Shown: positions 19,421 through 29,076 of the stretch, piece by piece
Numbering within the stretch: position 1 is the first letter of the stretch
Layout: the number at the start of each line of letters is the position of its first letter
Virus record (IMG/VR): IMGVR_UViG_3300020578_005267
Direction: 5' to 3' (one strand)
Length of the DNA stretch: 64,000 nucleotides
Source: an uncultured virus (IMG/VR IMGVR_UViG_3300020578_005267)
Taxonomy: Duplodnaviria > Heunggongvirae > Uroviricota > Caudoviricetes
Notes under the pieces: model-generated
The model's input: only the letters and a program-made list of their open reading frames with translations
What the model was told of the DNA's origin: nothing
Database searches by the model: none
Translations under genes and position numbers: made by a program

Positions 19421-21259
19421 TTAAGAGAACTGAACGTTTTGGAAGTTCTTGACTTTGACCCTGATATCTTTGTTTGGATATCTTATCTGATAAACTTGGT
19501 TCGGTTGAGCAAAGATGGTGTCATCAACAGGTCTAATTTGTTTTGTTACATCATTTGAATATGCCATCGATGTTTGGAACCCTGAATATTGTCCACCTAC
19601 TTCGTTAAACACGTCTATTGCGGTCACGGTAATTACTCCGTTCTCGTCTTGTATAAGACTATTGAGCTGAGATATGTAAATGTTCTGACCCAAATTTCTA
19701 ATTTGAGGATCCAAGAAAGTTGACACTTTGTTGATGATATTTGTGATGACTTGTCCTTGGTTTTGTGTTGAATCAAGTACTACAGATATATCCAAACTCA
19801 AATCAATAACCTCAGCAGTCTCGATTGCTATGTAGTCATTCATCATACGATAATTTGACAAGTAATTAGCCAAATTTTGTTTCAGAGTGTTCGAGACAAT
19901 GGATGTCAACTTACCTGTGGTGTCATAAGAAAGTATTTGAACATTAATCTTATTGTTATTCTCAGTGATCGCAACTTTAGCAGGGGCTCCGAACTGAGAG
20001 GGCATTTTTCTTATTAAAGCTTCGTAATCGTTAACGCTGACTGCTCTATTTTGTGAAGAAAAGTTGAAAGCAACATAATTTCTTGTTTCTTCGACTGTGG
20101 GTTGTCCAGCACCACCAATCGCGGCAGTTACGTTATTACATCTTAGTGAACTTGTAACTTGTTGATTTATGTTATCGGAAGGACCATTAACAAAAAAACT
20201 TATTGTTCCGATTTGATTAATAACATTTGTTCCCAAGTTTGTTGATAAACCACCACCTGTCCTGTATTGAACAAATAGAGTAGTGTTAGCTCTCAAAGCG
20301 GAACCCAATGACATATTGTTTTGGTAAAGTTGTAAATTCAATGGTACTCCCAAAGTTGTAAATTGATTCAATGCATCTTGTGAAGTATTAGTTCCACCAC
20401 CGAATGTCATTTTCAAGAAACCCTCGGGTGTATATTCAGTTATAAATCGATTTTGGGTTTGAATATATTTTCCAACTTTGATACCTGGTTGATCCGAAAC
20501 TTTTGTTGGATCTTCTATGAATATTCTGTCCTCAGCTAATGCGTCCACCTCAAAGCTTTTATTTTCAAAACCTAAAAATTCGTTGACCGTTGGAACTGTT
20601 GTGTAACTTGTACCATCTTTTAGAAGAACACTTGTCACTCCAAGCACGTTTTTTTCGGGTAAAAATATTTCCAAGAATGGTCTTACATCTGCAGGACCAA
20701 TAACTCTTTTGAATACTTTGGTAATTCCATTGACGACAACTTCTCTCTTTGTAATTGTGTAGTTTATAATTCTATTACTCGAGTCGAAGTTTGGAATTTT
20801 CAATCTGTTCGGAAATCCTTGAGAGTTGTATGGTGAAGCAAAGTCAATGTCTTCAACATTTTCAAATACTTGTCCAGCACCTACAACTTGAGATCCTCTT
20901 CTTAATTGGCCTAAGTATCTTTCATCCTCCTTGTCACCAAATGCCGGTACTGTGATTGAAAAATCAACAAGAGCAACAGAGGGTCTTTGTCCCGGTATTT
21001 TTAGTCCATAAGTTCTGGCAATATTATAAATTGAAGACCTCTGTTGTGCGTATTGTAATACGGTCTCTTGTATACTTCTATCTATGTGATAGTGTAAGTT
21101 GTCGGCTACCGCGGCGTTCAAATCCAAGAATACAGAAAACACAGAGGCATCATTAAAGTTCTGTATAAGTTCAGGATAATACGTTCTTACATATTGTATT
21201 AGTTCTTCTCTTATACCTTCAAAGTCCCTTGTTGTATATGGTATTCTACGATTAGCCAT
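19421..21259 (-). CDS. Baseplate wedge subunit (T4 gp6 / baseplate J-like)
   Basis: YTTRDFEGIREEL N-terminus, AQQRSSIYNIARTYG and AAIGG...QNRAVSVNDY motifs; adjacent to a gp25-like gene. Confidence 0.85.
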   Translation of the reverse strand: MANRRIPYTTRDFEGIREELIQYVRTYYPELIQNFNDASVFSVFLDLNAAVADNLHYHIDRSIQETVLQYAQQRSSIYNIARTYGLKIPGQRPSVALVDFSITVPAFGDKEDERYLGQLRRGSQVVGAGQVFENVEDIDFASPYNSQGFPNRLKIPNFDSSNRIINYTITKREVVVNGITKVFKRVIGPADVRPFLEIFLPEKNVLGVTSVLLKDGTSYTTVPTVNEFLGFENKSFEVDALAEDRIFIEDPTKVSDQPGIKVGKYIQTQNRFITEYTPEGFLKMTFGGGTNTSQDALNQFTTLGVPLNLQLYQNNMSLGSALRANTTLFVQYRTGGGLSTNLGTNVINQIGTISFFVNGPSDNINQQVTSSLRCNNVTAAIGGAGQPTVEETRNYVAFNFSSQNRAVSVNDYEALIRKMPSQFGAPAKVAITENNNKINVQILSYDTTGKLTSIVSNTLKQNLANYLSNYRMMNDYIAIETAEVIDLSLDISVVLDSTQNQGQVITNIINKVSTFLDPQIRNLGQNIYISQLNSLIQDENGVITVTAIDVFNEVGGQYSGFQTSMAYSNDVTKQIRPVDDTIFAQPNQVYQIRYPNKDIRVKVKNFQNVQFS

Positions 21260-21264
21260 TTATT

Positions 21265-21726
21265 TTAAATATTGATTATTACGAAATCACTGGTCGCGAA
21301 TGTCGAGTCTTGCACTGAGAAATCTATTTTCACTTTAGCAGTGTATTCAGCTGTACCCTTTCCTGGATATCTATAAATTTGGGATGTTTGTGTGTCGGTA
21401 CCTACTTGAAATTCTGATTCTTCTTTGGGGTCCAACGGTTCAATAGTTATTTTATTTAGAATTAAATTTGGAATATATTTTTCAACGTTTGCTCTTATGT
21501 CTGATTCAATTGCGTCGAAGGTCAAACCGTCCATAGGTTCGAAGATATATTCATACAATCTTGTCCCAAAGTCTGGTAAATAATATCTCGCACCTTTCCT
21601 TGTGAGTAAAAGATTAATAAGGTCAGCTCGGATTTCTTGGTTAACCGTATTTGTCAGAGCCAAGTAATCACCTCGCAAAGAATCACGAAAAGGAAAATTT
21701 ATACCATATGTAGTACCGTCTCCCAT
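21265..21726 (-). CDS. Baseplate wedge protein, gp25/GPW family
   Basis: LLLTRKGARYYLPDFGTRLYEYIFEP signature. Confidence 0.9.
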   Translation of the reverse strand: MGDGTTYGINFPFRDSLRGDYLALTNTVNQEIRADLINLLLTRKGARYYLPDFGTRLYEYIFEPMDGLTFDAIESDIRANVEKYIPNLILNKITIEPLDPKEESEFQVGTDTQTSQIYRYPGKGTAEYTAKVKIDFSVQDSTFATSDFVIINI

Positions 21727-21731
21727 ATAGT

Positions 21732-21739
21732 CATAAATA
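21732..21739 (-). promoter_or_regulatory. TATTTAT putative phage late-promoter motif
   Basis: 5 nt before the gp25-like ATG 21726. Confidence 0.6.
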
Positions 21740-21747
21740 TACTTGGA

Positions 21748-21945
21748 TTATTTTTCAATTAAAGTAATAGACCCTCTTTCGTATTTAGGTTCATATGGAC
21801 AATGTCTACATACTGATCCACAACAAACCCCCCTTTTGATGTGCCAATATTCAGTATAAACCTTTCTTGTACCTTCCATATAAAAATCAGAGGGGAGAAG
21901 TTCGTTCTTCTCCCCGTCATGATTTTTCTTTATTTCGTCTGTCAT
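21748..21945 (-). CDS. Small Cys-rich protein, DUF5522-like
   Basis: YTEYWHIKRGVCCGSVCRHCPY motif; its start overlaps the nrdJ stop. Confidence 0.75.
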   Translation of the reverse strand: MTDEIKKNHDGEKNELLPSDFYMEGTRKVYTEYWHIKRGVCCGSVCRHCPYEPKYERGSITLIEK

Positions 21946-23807
21946 TATGCCATTACAATTTCACAGGCACCTCCCGCACAAGCTACTTCGCCTGAGAGAT
22001 CAGTATTATCGTCAACTTCAATAATTTTTGAAAGATCAATGTCTTTGAGTGGTTTTAATAACTCTTCGTATTTTTCTTTTGTACAATCTTCAAATGGAGC
22101 TTGGATATATGTTCCACCGTCGTATGGTAAAACTGAAAGTCCATTGTAGTGATCTCGGTTTTCCCACATCCACTCCCCAACAGCCGGCCACTCGTGTTCT
22201 CTGATTGAGATTGTTGCCGATACATTGTGTGTGTTACTTCCTGTTCTGTGACCTCCTTTTACCCACTCAAGGTGTACCTTTTTTACTCTTTCCAATAATT
22301 GAATTGGTGATTCGTTTCTGATTATTGCTCCATCGGGGGATTTTTGTGGTATGCCAATGACCGCTGTGTCGTGTGGTCTGAAATATTCGTCCTCGATAAG
22401 TTCAGGATGATTATTCTTTAGGTAAGAATATATTGCTTCGTTTTTGCCTACTCTCACTCTACGGATGTAGTGATCATTGTGCCAAGCGTGAATACCTGAA
22501 GATGTACCAAGTGTAAGTGATGTTGTACCCGCGGGTTTTACAGTTGTACATCTAGCCGCTTTGTTGATACCTATTAGGTCTGCAACTCTTTCGTTTTCTT
22601 CTTTGACAACTTTAGCCGCAGATTTCATATTAAGTCCAATAACCGCGCCTGATCCAATACCTGTCATAGAGATTCCAACAAGAGCGTCTTTTTCTGTTGT
22701 TCTTTTCCATATTGGTCTAAGATAATGAAAATTAGTATATCCTGCCTGTAATGTACCAATAAATGATGCTGCTTTAACTCTTGATTCGTAGTCCTCTTGT
22801 GATACGACATTTGATACGTTCACCTCTGTAAGATTACAAAATTGGAATGGGCGAAGTGCAATTTCACAACAAGGATTTGTTCCCCAATCTTTATCATTAC
22901 TCAAGTAAATACCGGGTTCACCAGCTCCGCTTACTTCGATTCTCTTCCATAAATCCATGAAATATTCTTTATCAATCTTATGTCTCATAAGAGTTACAGA
23001 GTTGTTAGCTCTTCCTCTTTGTGGATTTGTTTCCCACCATGATCCACTCTTAGATCCAATCATCTCATCGTCCGATGCAGAGAATAAAGAGATAAGTGCC
23101 GCTCTTCTGATACCACCAGCAAGAACTGCGTCAGCTATGTGACATACCATATCGTGAACTTCGATCGGTCTTAGTTTTTCTCCATCTTCTTTTGAATCTA
23201 AGATACCTTCAAGTTTGATAAGACACTCTTTCAATGGTTGAGGACCAGGAGCTTTACCTCCTGATGTGACAAGACGGGCACCTTTCGGTCTTATGTCAGA
23301 AAAATCAAATTCAATCTTTGAACCACCGAAGAAATAAGACTTGACTAAAACCTTAACGGCATCTGCCCAACCTTCAATAGAATCAGCTACCAACCATCTT
23401 CTTCCTCTATCTTTGTTTGGTTTTCTAATTTCTGGTATTTGTTCTACGTGATGTTTTTGAACTGAGTAACCAACACCTGTTCCACCTAATAAAAGGAACA
23501 TGATTTCTGAGAATACTCTCCAATCATCAACTGGAACAAATGCACAGTTGTAAATTCTGTTGGGTGATATCTCAATTGGTTTCCCTGCAAATTGCATTGA
23601 TCTCATAGATGGGAGAACTTGTTTCTTGTAAACGTACATGTAGTTCTCACGAATTTCTTTTTCTAATTTGGGATACATCTTAATATGCATCTGCATGTTT
23701 CTTGTTACGAGCTCTTGCCAAGTCTCTCTTCTCTTCAACTCAGGGATATACTTAGCGTATTTCATGTACACTGTGATGTCTGAGAGAATTCGGTTTGAAA
23801 TGTCCAT
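21945..23807 (-). CDS. nrdJ: Class II (adenosylcobalamin-dependent) ribonucleotide reductase
   Basis: RIYNCAF, GTNPCCEI (thiyl Cys), TVKPAGT and the C-terminal CAGGAC redox pair; no class I small subunit nearby. Confidence 0.9.
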   Translation of the reverse strand: MDISNRILSDITVYMKYAKYIPELKRRETWQELVTRNMQMHIKMYPKLEKEIRENYMYVYKKQVLPSMRSMQFAGKPIEISPNRIYNCAFVPVDDWRVFSEIMFLLLGGTGVGYSVQKHHVEQIPEIRKPNKDRGRRWLVADSIEGWADAVKVLVKSYFFGGSKIEFDFSDIRPKGARLVTSGGKAPGPQPLKECLIKLEGILDSKEDGEKLRPIEVHDMVCHIADAVLAGGIRRAALISLFSASDDEMIGSKSGSWWETNPQRGRANNSVTLMRHKIDKEYFMDLWKRIEVSGAGEPGIYLSNDKDWGTNPCCEIALRPFQFCNLTEVNVSNVVSQEDYESRVKAASFIGTLQAGYTNFHYLRPIWKRTTEKDALVGISMTGIGSGAVIGLNMKSAAKVVKEENERVADLIGINKAARCTTVKPAGTTSLTLGTSSGIHAWHNDHYIRRVRVGKNEAIYSYLKNNHPELIEDEYFRPHDTAVIGIPQKSPDGAIIRNESPIQLLERVKKVHLEWVKGGHRTGSNTHNVSATISIREHEWPAVGEWMWENRDHYNGLSVLPYDGGTYIQAPFEDCTKEKYEELLKPLKDIDLSKIIEVDDNTDLSGEVACAGGACEIVMA

Positions 23808-23822
23808 TTTTTTGTGAATTTT

Positions 23823-23830
23823 TATAAATA
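23823..23830 (-). promoter_or_regulatory. TATTTAT putative phage promoter motif
   Basis: 15 nt before the nrdJ ATG; a second copy lies at 23862-23869. Confidence 0.6.
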
Positions 23831-23949
23831 CTAATTTATGAAAAAATCGAGGATTTTAAATGATAAATATAGGTCCATCATCTAATCTACCCGATTTTGA
23901 ATAAAAAAATCTCCGTTTTTTTTAGTTTTTTTTTCAAACGAAGAGATAT

Positions 23950-25332
23950 TTAATTTATTTTTTTTTGTTCTTCTCTTTGCTTTCTTTTATCGAGAAGTTC
24001 TTTGACTCGATCCGATTTTTTTTGTTCTTGTTGTTCTTCAAATCCTAAAAAGGTTACAGAAGTATCGGTGTCAATTTCCAAAAGTTCGTTGTTAAACTTA
24101 CAGTTTTCAAAAACGACACCATCTTTACCAATACGAGACTTAGTAATCGCAATCGTAGCTAAATTTAACTCTTTCTGTTGAAGAGTTTTAGCTACAGAAA
24201 TGATTACGTGTCCGACTTGAGCTTTTTTAATTGATCCACCCATTTGATCGGTTGTTACAACTTCAGATGAAATTGAACTTCTATTACCTTGTGTTGCAGT
24301 CCAACCGACTAATCCAAGTTCGTGACACATGGCTTCAAAATGTCTCATGACTGATCCTTCGCTTTTCCACTCATCACCCAAAACTTTTTCGGGCATTACA
24401 CAATCTATGTAATCCAATACAACCAAATCTACTTTATTACCATCAGCTATCATTTTACGGATTTGATTTTTTATTTGTAACATTGTAAGTGAATCAGATG
24501 GAAGTTTTTTTAGAATCAATTTGTTTTTCATTGAGTTTTGAATTTCATCTATCTTCTCAAATACTTTTTCTTTGTGTAACACAAGTTTATCAGGCTCTAT
24601 ACCTGTCCATATTGTAAAATGTTTTCTTTGTATAATTTTTGGATTGTCCTCAAAGAATACTTGAACAACATTGAAACCCATGTTAAATGCTGTGTTAGCT
24701 ATTTTTGTCAGGATAGTTGTTTTACCGACACCGGTAGGCGCAAGTATCACACCAATCTCACCTTTTGCTAGTCCACCCTTAAGAAGATTGTCAATACCTC
24801 TAATTCCCATCGGTACTGGTGATCTGAAATCCTCATCTAAAACCACATCTAAATTAGCAAAAACATCTCCAGTACCCAATTCACGTTCTCCAACTTGGAT
24901 AGCATCTCTAACTAGTTCTTCAACTTTGTCATAGGATTCGAAATCACCTTCATCGATTATTTTCTGAGCTTGTTTCATTGCTTTCTGTAACTCCTGTTGT
25001 TTACAGAACTTCAAAGCTTTTTCTTGTACAAAAATGCTACCGTCAAAAGGGGCGTCTTTTACTTGTTTGATTGTATCCAAAATTATTTTCAGGACCATCT
25101 CAGTCGAGATTTCAGATTTAGCAATCTGTTCCAAGGTTTCGAAGGTTGGGGTGGATTGGTATTTCGTGTAATACTCCTTTACCATCGCAACAATCATTTT
25201 AAAGTATTTGTTGTCGAAATAAGAAGTTTCCAAGACATTTACTATCGTCTGTGAAAACTCCTTGTCTTCTATAATCTGATTGATTAATTGAACCTGAAAT
25301 GTATTACCTAAATAATCGAAATTTTTTTGCAT
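23950..25332 (-). CDS. dnaB: Replicative DnaB-like (T4 gp41-like) helicase
   Basis: Walker A APTGVGKT, LVVLDYID, WTATQGNR and KSRIG motifs. Confidence 0.9.
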   Translation of the reverse strand: MQKNFDYLGNTFQVQLINQIIEDKEFSQTIVNVLETSYFDNKYFKMIVAMVKEYYTKYQSTPTFETLEQIAKSEISTEMVLKIILDTIKQVKDAPFDGSIFVQEKALKFCKQQELQKAMKQAQKIIDEGDFESYDKVEELVRDAIQVGERELGTGDVFANLDVVLDEDFRSPVPMGIRGIDNLLKGGLAKGEIGVILAPTGVGKTTILTKIANTAFNMGFNVVQVFFEDNPKIIQRKHFTIWTGIEPDKLVLHKEKVFEKIDEIQNSMKNKLILKKLPSDSLTMLQIKNQIRKMIADGNKVDLVVLDYIDCVMPEKVLGDEWKSEGSVMRHFEAMCHELGLVGWTATQGNRSSISSEVVTTDQMGGSIKKAQVGHVIISVAKTLQQKELNLATIAITKSRIGKDGVVFENCKFNNELLEIDTDTSVTFLGFEEQQEQKKSDRVKELLDKRKQREEQKKIN

Positions 25333-25360
25333 ATATGTATGTCCCCACTACCCTTGAATT

Positions 25361-25368
25361 TATAAATA
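25361..25368 (-). promoter_or_regulatory. TATTTAT putative phage promoter motif
   Basis: 28 nt before the helicase ATG. Confidence 0.55.
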
Positions 25369-25372
25369 CCTC

Positions 25373-25822
25373 CTATACTAACTCAATTCCACAGTATTCG
25401 TGATTTAATTCTGTTTTTGAAAAAATGTCAGTCAGTGATGAAAGGATCTCTTTCAAATATGGTCTTACATCCACTGTATAACGAACTTTTGGAGGATAAT
25501 TTTTTCCATCAAAAATTCTATGACAAATTGTCTCATCTCCAACTTTTACATAAAGATGAAAAACTTCGGGTCCTTCTGTAAAAGAGGTCTCCATGATTTT
25601 TTGGTCATGAATGATTGCCTCCTTATTGTCTAACATATAGACAACAGTCTTCATCTTCAGGTATTGGTGAAGAGTTTCTTTAACTCCATACATGTACTCG
25701 TACAAGTCGGTTGATAGTCTTGCCTTTGGATTGTAACCTCTAACGTTAAAAAATCTTTGGACGACAATGTTGTCATTAAGTGTAAGAAGGAATTCCATCT
25801 TAACTTGATCTTGCTCTTTCAT
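25373..25822 (-). CDS. Hypothetical protein (149 aa) in the replication module
   Basis: ORF between the exonuclease and helicase genes. Confidence 0.65.
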   Translation of the reverse strand: MKEQDQVKMEFLLTLNDNIVVQRFFNVRGYNPKARLSTDLYEYMYGVKETLHQYLKMKTVVYMLDNKEAIIHDQKIMETSFTEGPEVFHLYVKVGDETICHRIFDGKNYPPKVRYTVDVRPYLKEILSSLTDIFSKTELNHEYCGIELV

Positions 25823-25828
25823 GTTTTA

Positions 25829-26851
25829 TTAGTTTTTGTTTTTTCGTTTTTCTTTTCGTATCAACTTCATAAATGGTTTGAGGAAATTGACCCACGCTTC
25901 ATCGTTTTTTGGTAGGTATTTGAATAATCCATCTGCCATCATATATTTCATCAAGTTTTTATATCCCCTATCTGTGGGATCGAGTTCTTCAGTATGAATG
26001 GACTCAACAAGTTGTTTTCCTTCATCTGTAATTAGTGGATTTTTTAAATCCACAATCAGTTTGTTTATTCGGTAGTATTCTTCTCCAAGTATACCCTTTT
26101 TTGTTCTTCCAGTCAAAATATTATTGATAACTTTTATAGGTTTTTGTTGTGGGATATTTCGTACATTATCAATAATTTCTTCGACTGTGCATGATTTTTC
26201 CAACATTTGTGGAAATAATTTCACCAATGTTTTTTCACCTAAACCTTCAATACCATCAATATTATCTGACTTATCCCCCATCAGTATTTTACACACTATG
26301 ACATTCTCGTGAGGTACATCAATATCTTTGAATTTTATTTTTTCTCCGAACTTGTGTATCTGTTTTGACACAGGTGAGTAAATTGATACTCTTGGACTTA
26401 TTAATTGTGTCAAGTCTTTGTCCGCTGAGAATATTGTAATTGTTTCTTTTGTAGCGACGGAACAATAGTGTGCTATCAGGTCATCCGCTTCGTTATCTTT
26501 TATCTCCACTTGTCGAACAAAAACTTCCTCCAAATACTGTTTTACTCTACCCTTCTGTGTAAGATAGGACTCGTATTTGTATTCGTTCATGCTAACTCTA
26601 CGATTGGCCTTATATTCAGGATATATTTTTTTTCTAGTGGATGAATTTGAATCACCATCCCAAAATACAACAACTTTATCGTATTCTATCTCCTCTAAAA
26701 ATCTACGTAATGTATTAATGAAGTGATATACTCCTCCGATGTGATTACCGTCGTAAAATAGTTCTTTGACCCCGTGAAATCCAATTTTGAATAGGTTATC
26801 CCCATCCACCAATAATGTCTTAGTCACATAATCTATTTTACAGGTTGTCAA
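25829..26851 (-). CDS. 5'-3' exonuclease / flap endonuclease (T4 RNase H, Pol I N-terminal-like); start may be GTG at 26827
   Basis: LLVDGDNL, YPEYKANR, EADDLI, SADKDL and GDKSDNIDGIEGLGEKT motifs. Confidence 0.9.
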   Translation of the reverse strand: MTTCKIDYVTKTLLVDGDNLFKIGFHGVKELFYDGNHIGGVYHFINTLRRFLEEIEYDKVVVFWDGDSNSSTRKKIYPEYKANRRVSMNEYKYESYLTQKGRVKQYLEEVFVRQVEIKDNEADDLIAHYCSVATKETITIFSADKDLTQLISPRVSIYSPVSKQIHKFGEKIKFKDIDVPHENVIVCKILMGDKSDNIDGIEGLGEKTLVKLFPQMLEKSCTVEEIIDNVRNIPQQKPIKVINNILTGRTKKGILGEEYYRINKLIVDLKNPLITDEGKQLVESIHTEELDPTDRGYKNLMKYMMADGLFKYLPKNDEAWVNFLKPFMKLIRKEKRKNKN

Positions 26852-27849
26852 TCTTCTTTTTCTTCTTTCAAATCAAAGTCGCCTTCAGCTCCGATGATGT
26901 CTTTCCAATAGTCTGCATATTCTTTTTTGTAAGCTTCTATAGAAGATTTTTCTTCGGTGGTATCTTTACCCGCCAAAAAACCGTGAGGTGTAACGATAAT
27001 TCTCCCATCGTCGTACCCTAAACCATTGATATGATTTTTCATAACAGATACTTTACTCCTGACAGCGAATTTGACTGTTCTCTTGTCTTTGGTCGCAGTA
27101 ATCTTTGTTGTACCAGCACCTTTCTGATTACCGAAAAGAAATACTAAAGAGGAGTTTAACCAAACTGATTCCCCTCCCTTAGCTTTTATCTTTGGTTGTC
27201 CAAATGGATTGTCAGGTAATTCAACCCATGGTTGATTGATAATGATAAGAGTGTTCTCATACTCTGTATCAGACTTCCTTGAGCCCGAGATTCTTTGATT
27301 GATTCCCATACCAATTTTATCTGACAAAACTGATGCGTTGTGTTGTTTTCCACCTTTACCCTCGTAAGTCATTTTGCAAGGAACAGATCCGACTGAGTCC
27401 CAAATAAAACATAAACTGTAGTTCAATTCACCCTTCTCTTGAGCATCTAAGAGCTGATTGATGTAATCAGTGATTTGTTCAATATAGCTAAAATTGTTAT
27501 TAAATAAGAAAAAACCATCCCAATCCATTTCTCCGGTCTCGGGATCGACTACTTCTTCGCATTGAAGACCCATCAGTTTAGCATGTTCAAAACTCCATTT
27601 CTGTTCTGTGATTATGAATACAGGAAGCATTTCTTTTTTCTGAGCGTCAACTGCCGCTTTTATTGCTCCAGTAGTTTTTCCAGTATCAGAGTGACCTAAG
27701 AACATGTTTATATGACCAATTGCAGGACCGGGAAGTCCTACTGCATCCAAAAAATTTGATCCAAGATCCAAAAATCTTTGTGGTTTGTACTTTGCCGAGG
27801 TTGAGAATTTTTTCTTTACGGAATTAAAATCAGTTTTCTTGATTGCCAT
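26848..27849 (-). CDS. recA: RecA/UvsX-like recombinase
   Basis: Walker A GHSDTGKTT, Walker B IWDSVG, IIINQ, KGG and VMKNH motifs. Confidence 0.85.
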   Translation of the reverse strand: MAIKKTDFNSVKKKFSTSAKYKPQRFLDLGSNFLDAVGLPGPAIGHINMFLGHSDTGKTTGAIKAAVDAQKKEMLPVFIITEQKWSFEHAKLMGLQCEEVVDPETGEMDWDGFFLFNNNFSYIEQITDYINQLLDAQEKGELNYSLCFIWDSVGSVPCKMTYEGKGGKQHNASVLSDKIGMGINQRISGSRKSDTEYENTLIIINQPWVELPDNPFGQPKIKAKGGESVWLNSSLVFLFGNQKGAGTTKITATKDKRTVKFAVRSKVSVMKNHINGLGYDDGRIIVTPHGFLAGKDTTEEKSSIEAYKKEYADYWKDIIGAEGDFDLKEEKED

Positions 27850-28060
27850 AAGTATACTTAAAAAATTGTTGTAATGTATTTAACTTATCTGAAGCAGTGG
27901 CAAGTTTATCAACTAACTTGTCCATCTCTTCAATTAGTTGTGGATGTTCTCCGATACCCACAGAGTTTTCCATATAAACCATCAAAGCAGCTTCAGCTTC
28001 CAAGATTTCACTCTCATATTTCCTTACGAGAGATTCGTACATTTTTTTTTTGATATTCAT
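27830..28060 (-). CDS. Small helical phage protein (76 aa)
   Basis: VGIGEHPQLIEEMDKL motif, recurrent in T4-like phages; overlaps the recA start. Confidence 0.7.
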   Translation of the reverse strand: MNIKKKMYESLVRKYESEILEAEAALMVYMENSVGIGEHPQLIEEMDKLVDKLATASDKLNTLQQFFKYTYGNQEN

Positions 28061-28072
28061 ATTTTAGTATTG

Positions 28073-28106
28073 AAAATATGTTCCCGACACAAATGTCGGG
28101 AACATA
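28073..28106 (-). terminator. Intrinsic terminator after the SSB gene
   Basis: Perfect 13-bp inverted repeat tatgttcccgaca / tgtcgggaacata with a 4-nt loop, followed by TTTT on the minus strand. Confidence 0.85.
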
Positions 28107-28113
28107 ATAAGAA

Positions 28114-28962
28114 TTAGAATGGTAAATCACCATCAACCTCAGAATCTATTTGAAGGTCTGCGTTAGTCGAAGATTTTCCTCCACCCATAGATGTCGTGGA
28201 TACCTCATCGTTACCATAAACATATCCACCCTTTTCATTATCCCAACGTGGAACTTCACCTCTTGCGATTGCTTCGAGATATTCAACTGGTTTTTTAGAA
28301 TAAACATCTAACCATGTCAATTCATCGTTGACCCATTGTTTCATCACATCTTTATCTGGATGAACAGAACACGGATCATCATACATTATAGTTGATACTG
28401 TTGTGTATTCCTTACCTTTAGGTGTTTTTGATTTTGTCAGTTCGATGATAAGATCACGACCTTTATCTTGGTCAGTAATATCACCTTTATTTCTCCAAAT
28501 CGGGATGATTTTGTCGAGAATACCCTCATTCTTGTAGTTGTGTTTGAAACGCCAAAACTTTGGTCCCTCATCCTCTTTGTCACGGTCTATAACTTTTACG
28601 ATGTAGAACTTACGTGACTTATATTGTTTTGCGAGTTCTTTGTCTGACTCCTTACCTGTTGAGATCAGCTCTTCGTAGACTTCATTCAATGGAGAACGTT
28701 CGTTATCGTTTTTTCCTGGATCGTAGAACTTTTGCCATTTACCACCAACTTGGATTTCGTGATACCAAGCTTCTTTGAATGGTGATGATCCATCAGGTGT
28801 GGGAAGAATTCTAATTTTTCTTGATCCTGAACTTTCTTTGTCTTCAAGAATAAGAGCAAAGTATTTCTTCATTCTTTCCTCTTGTGACATTTTTGATTGG
28901 GCCCCGCCCGATGACTGTTTGTTTTTTTCGTACTGTGCCAATACGGCATCTAATGCACTCAT
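28114..28962 (-). CDS. Single-stranded DNA-binding protein (T4 gp32-like)
   Basis: IRILP, KVIDR..E.EGPKFW and DITD..KGRDL motifs; acidic C-terminal tail ending DLPF. Confidence 0.85.
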   Translation of the reverse strand: MSALDAVLAQYEKNKQSSGGAQSKMSQEERMKKYFALILEDKESSGSRKIRILPTPDGSSPFKEAWYHEIQVGGKWQKFYDPGKNDNERSPLNEVYEELISTGKESDKELAKQYKSRKFYIVKVIDRDKEDEGPKFWRFKHNYKNEGILDKIIPIWRNKGDITDQDKGRDLIIELTKSKTPKGKEYTTVSTIMYDDPCSVHPDKDVMKQWVNDELTWLDVYSKKPVEYLEAIARGEVPRWDNEKGGYVYGNDEVSTTSMGGGKSSTNADLQIDSEVDGDLPF

Positions 28963-28999
28963 GATTACTCTGTTTTAAATTGTTTATTAATGTATGTAA

Positions 29000-29028
29000 A
29001 ATATAGTTGAACTTGGGGTATCTGTCAA
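29000..29028 (-). promoter_or_regulatory. Host sigma70-type promoter upstream of the SSB/recombination operon
   Basis: Minus strand TTGACA-N17-TATATT; also reads as the Bacteroidota-like TTTG-N20-TATATTTT. Confidence 0.7.
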
Positions 29029-29030
29029 AT

Positions 29031-29056
29031 AAAAAAGGGATTAGTTTCCTAATCCC
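29031..29056 (-). terminator. Intrinsic terminator after ORF 29077..29718
   Basis: GGGATTAG/CTAATCCC 8-bp stem, 4-nt loop, then T6 on the minus strand. Confidence 0.85.
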
Positions 29057-29076
29057 CTCTTGTGTGTATATTACTT

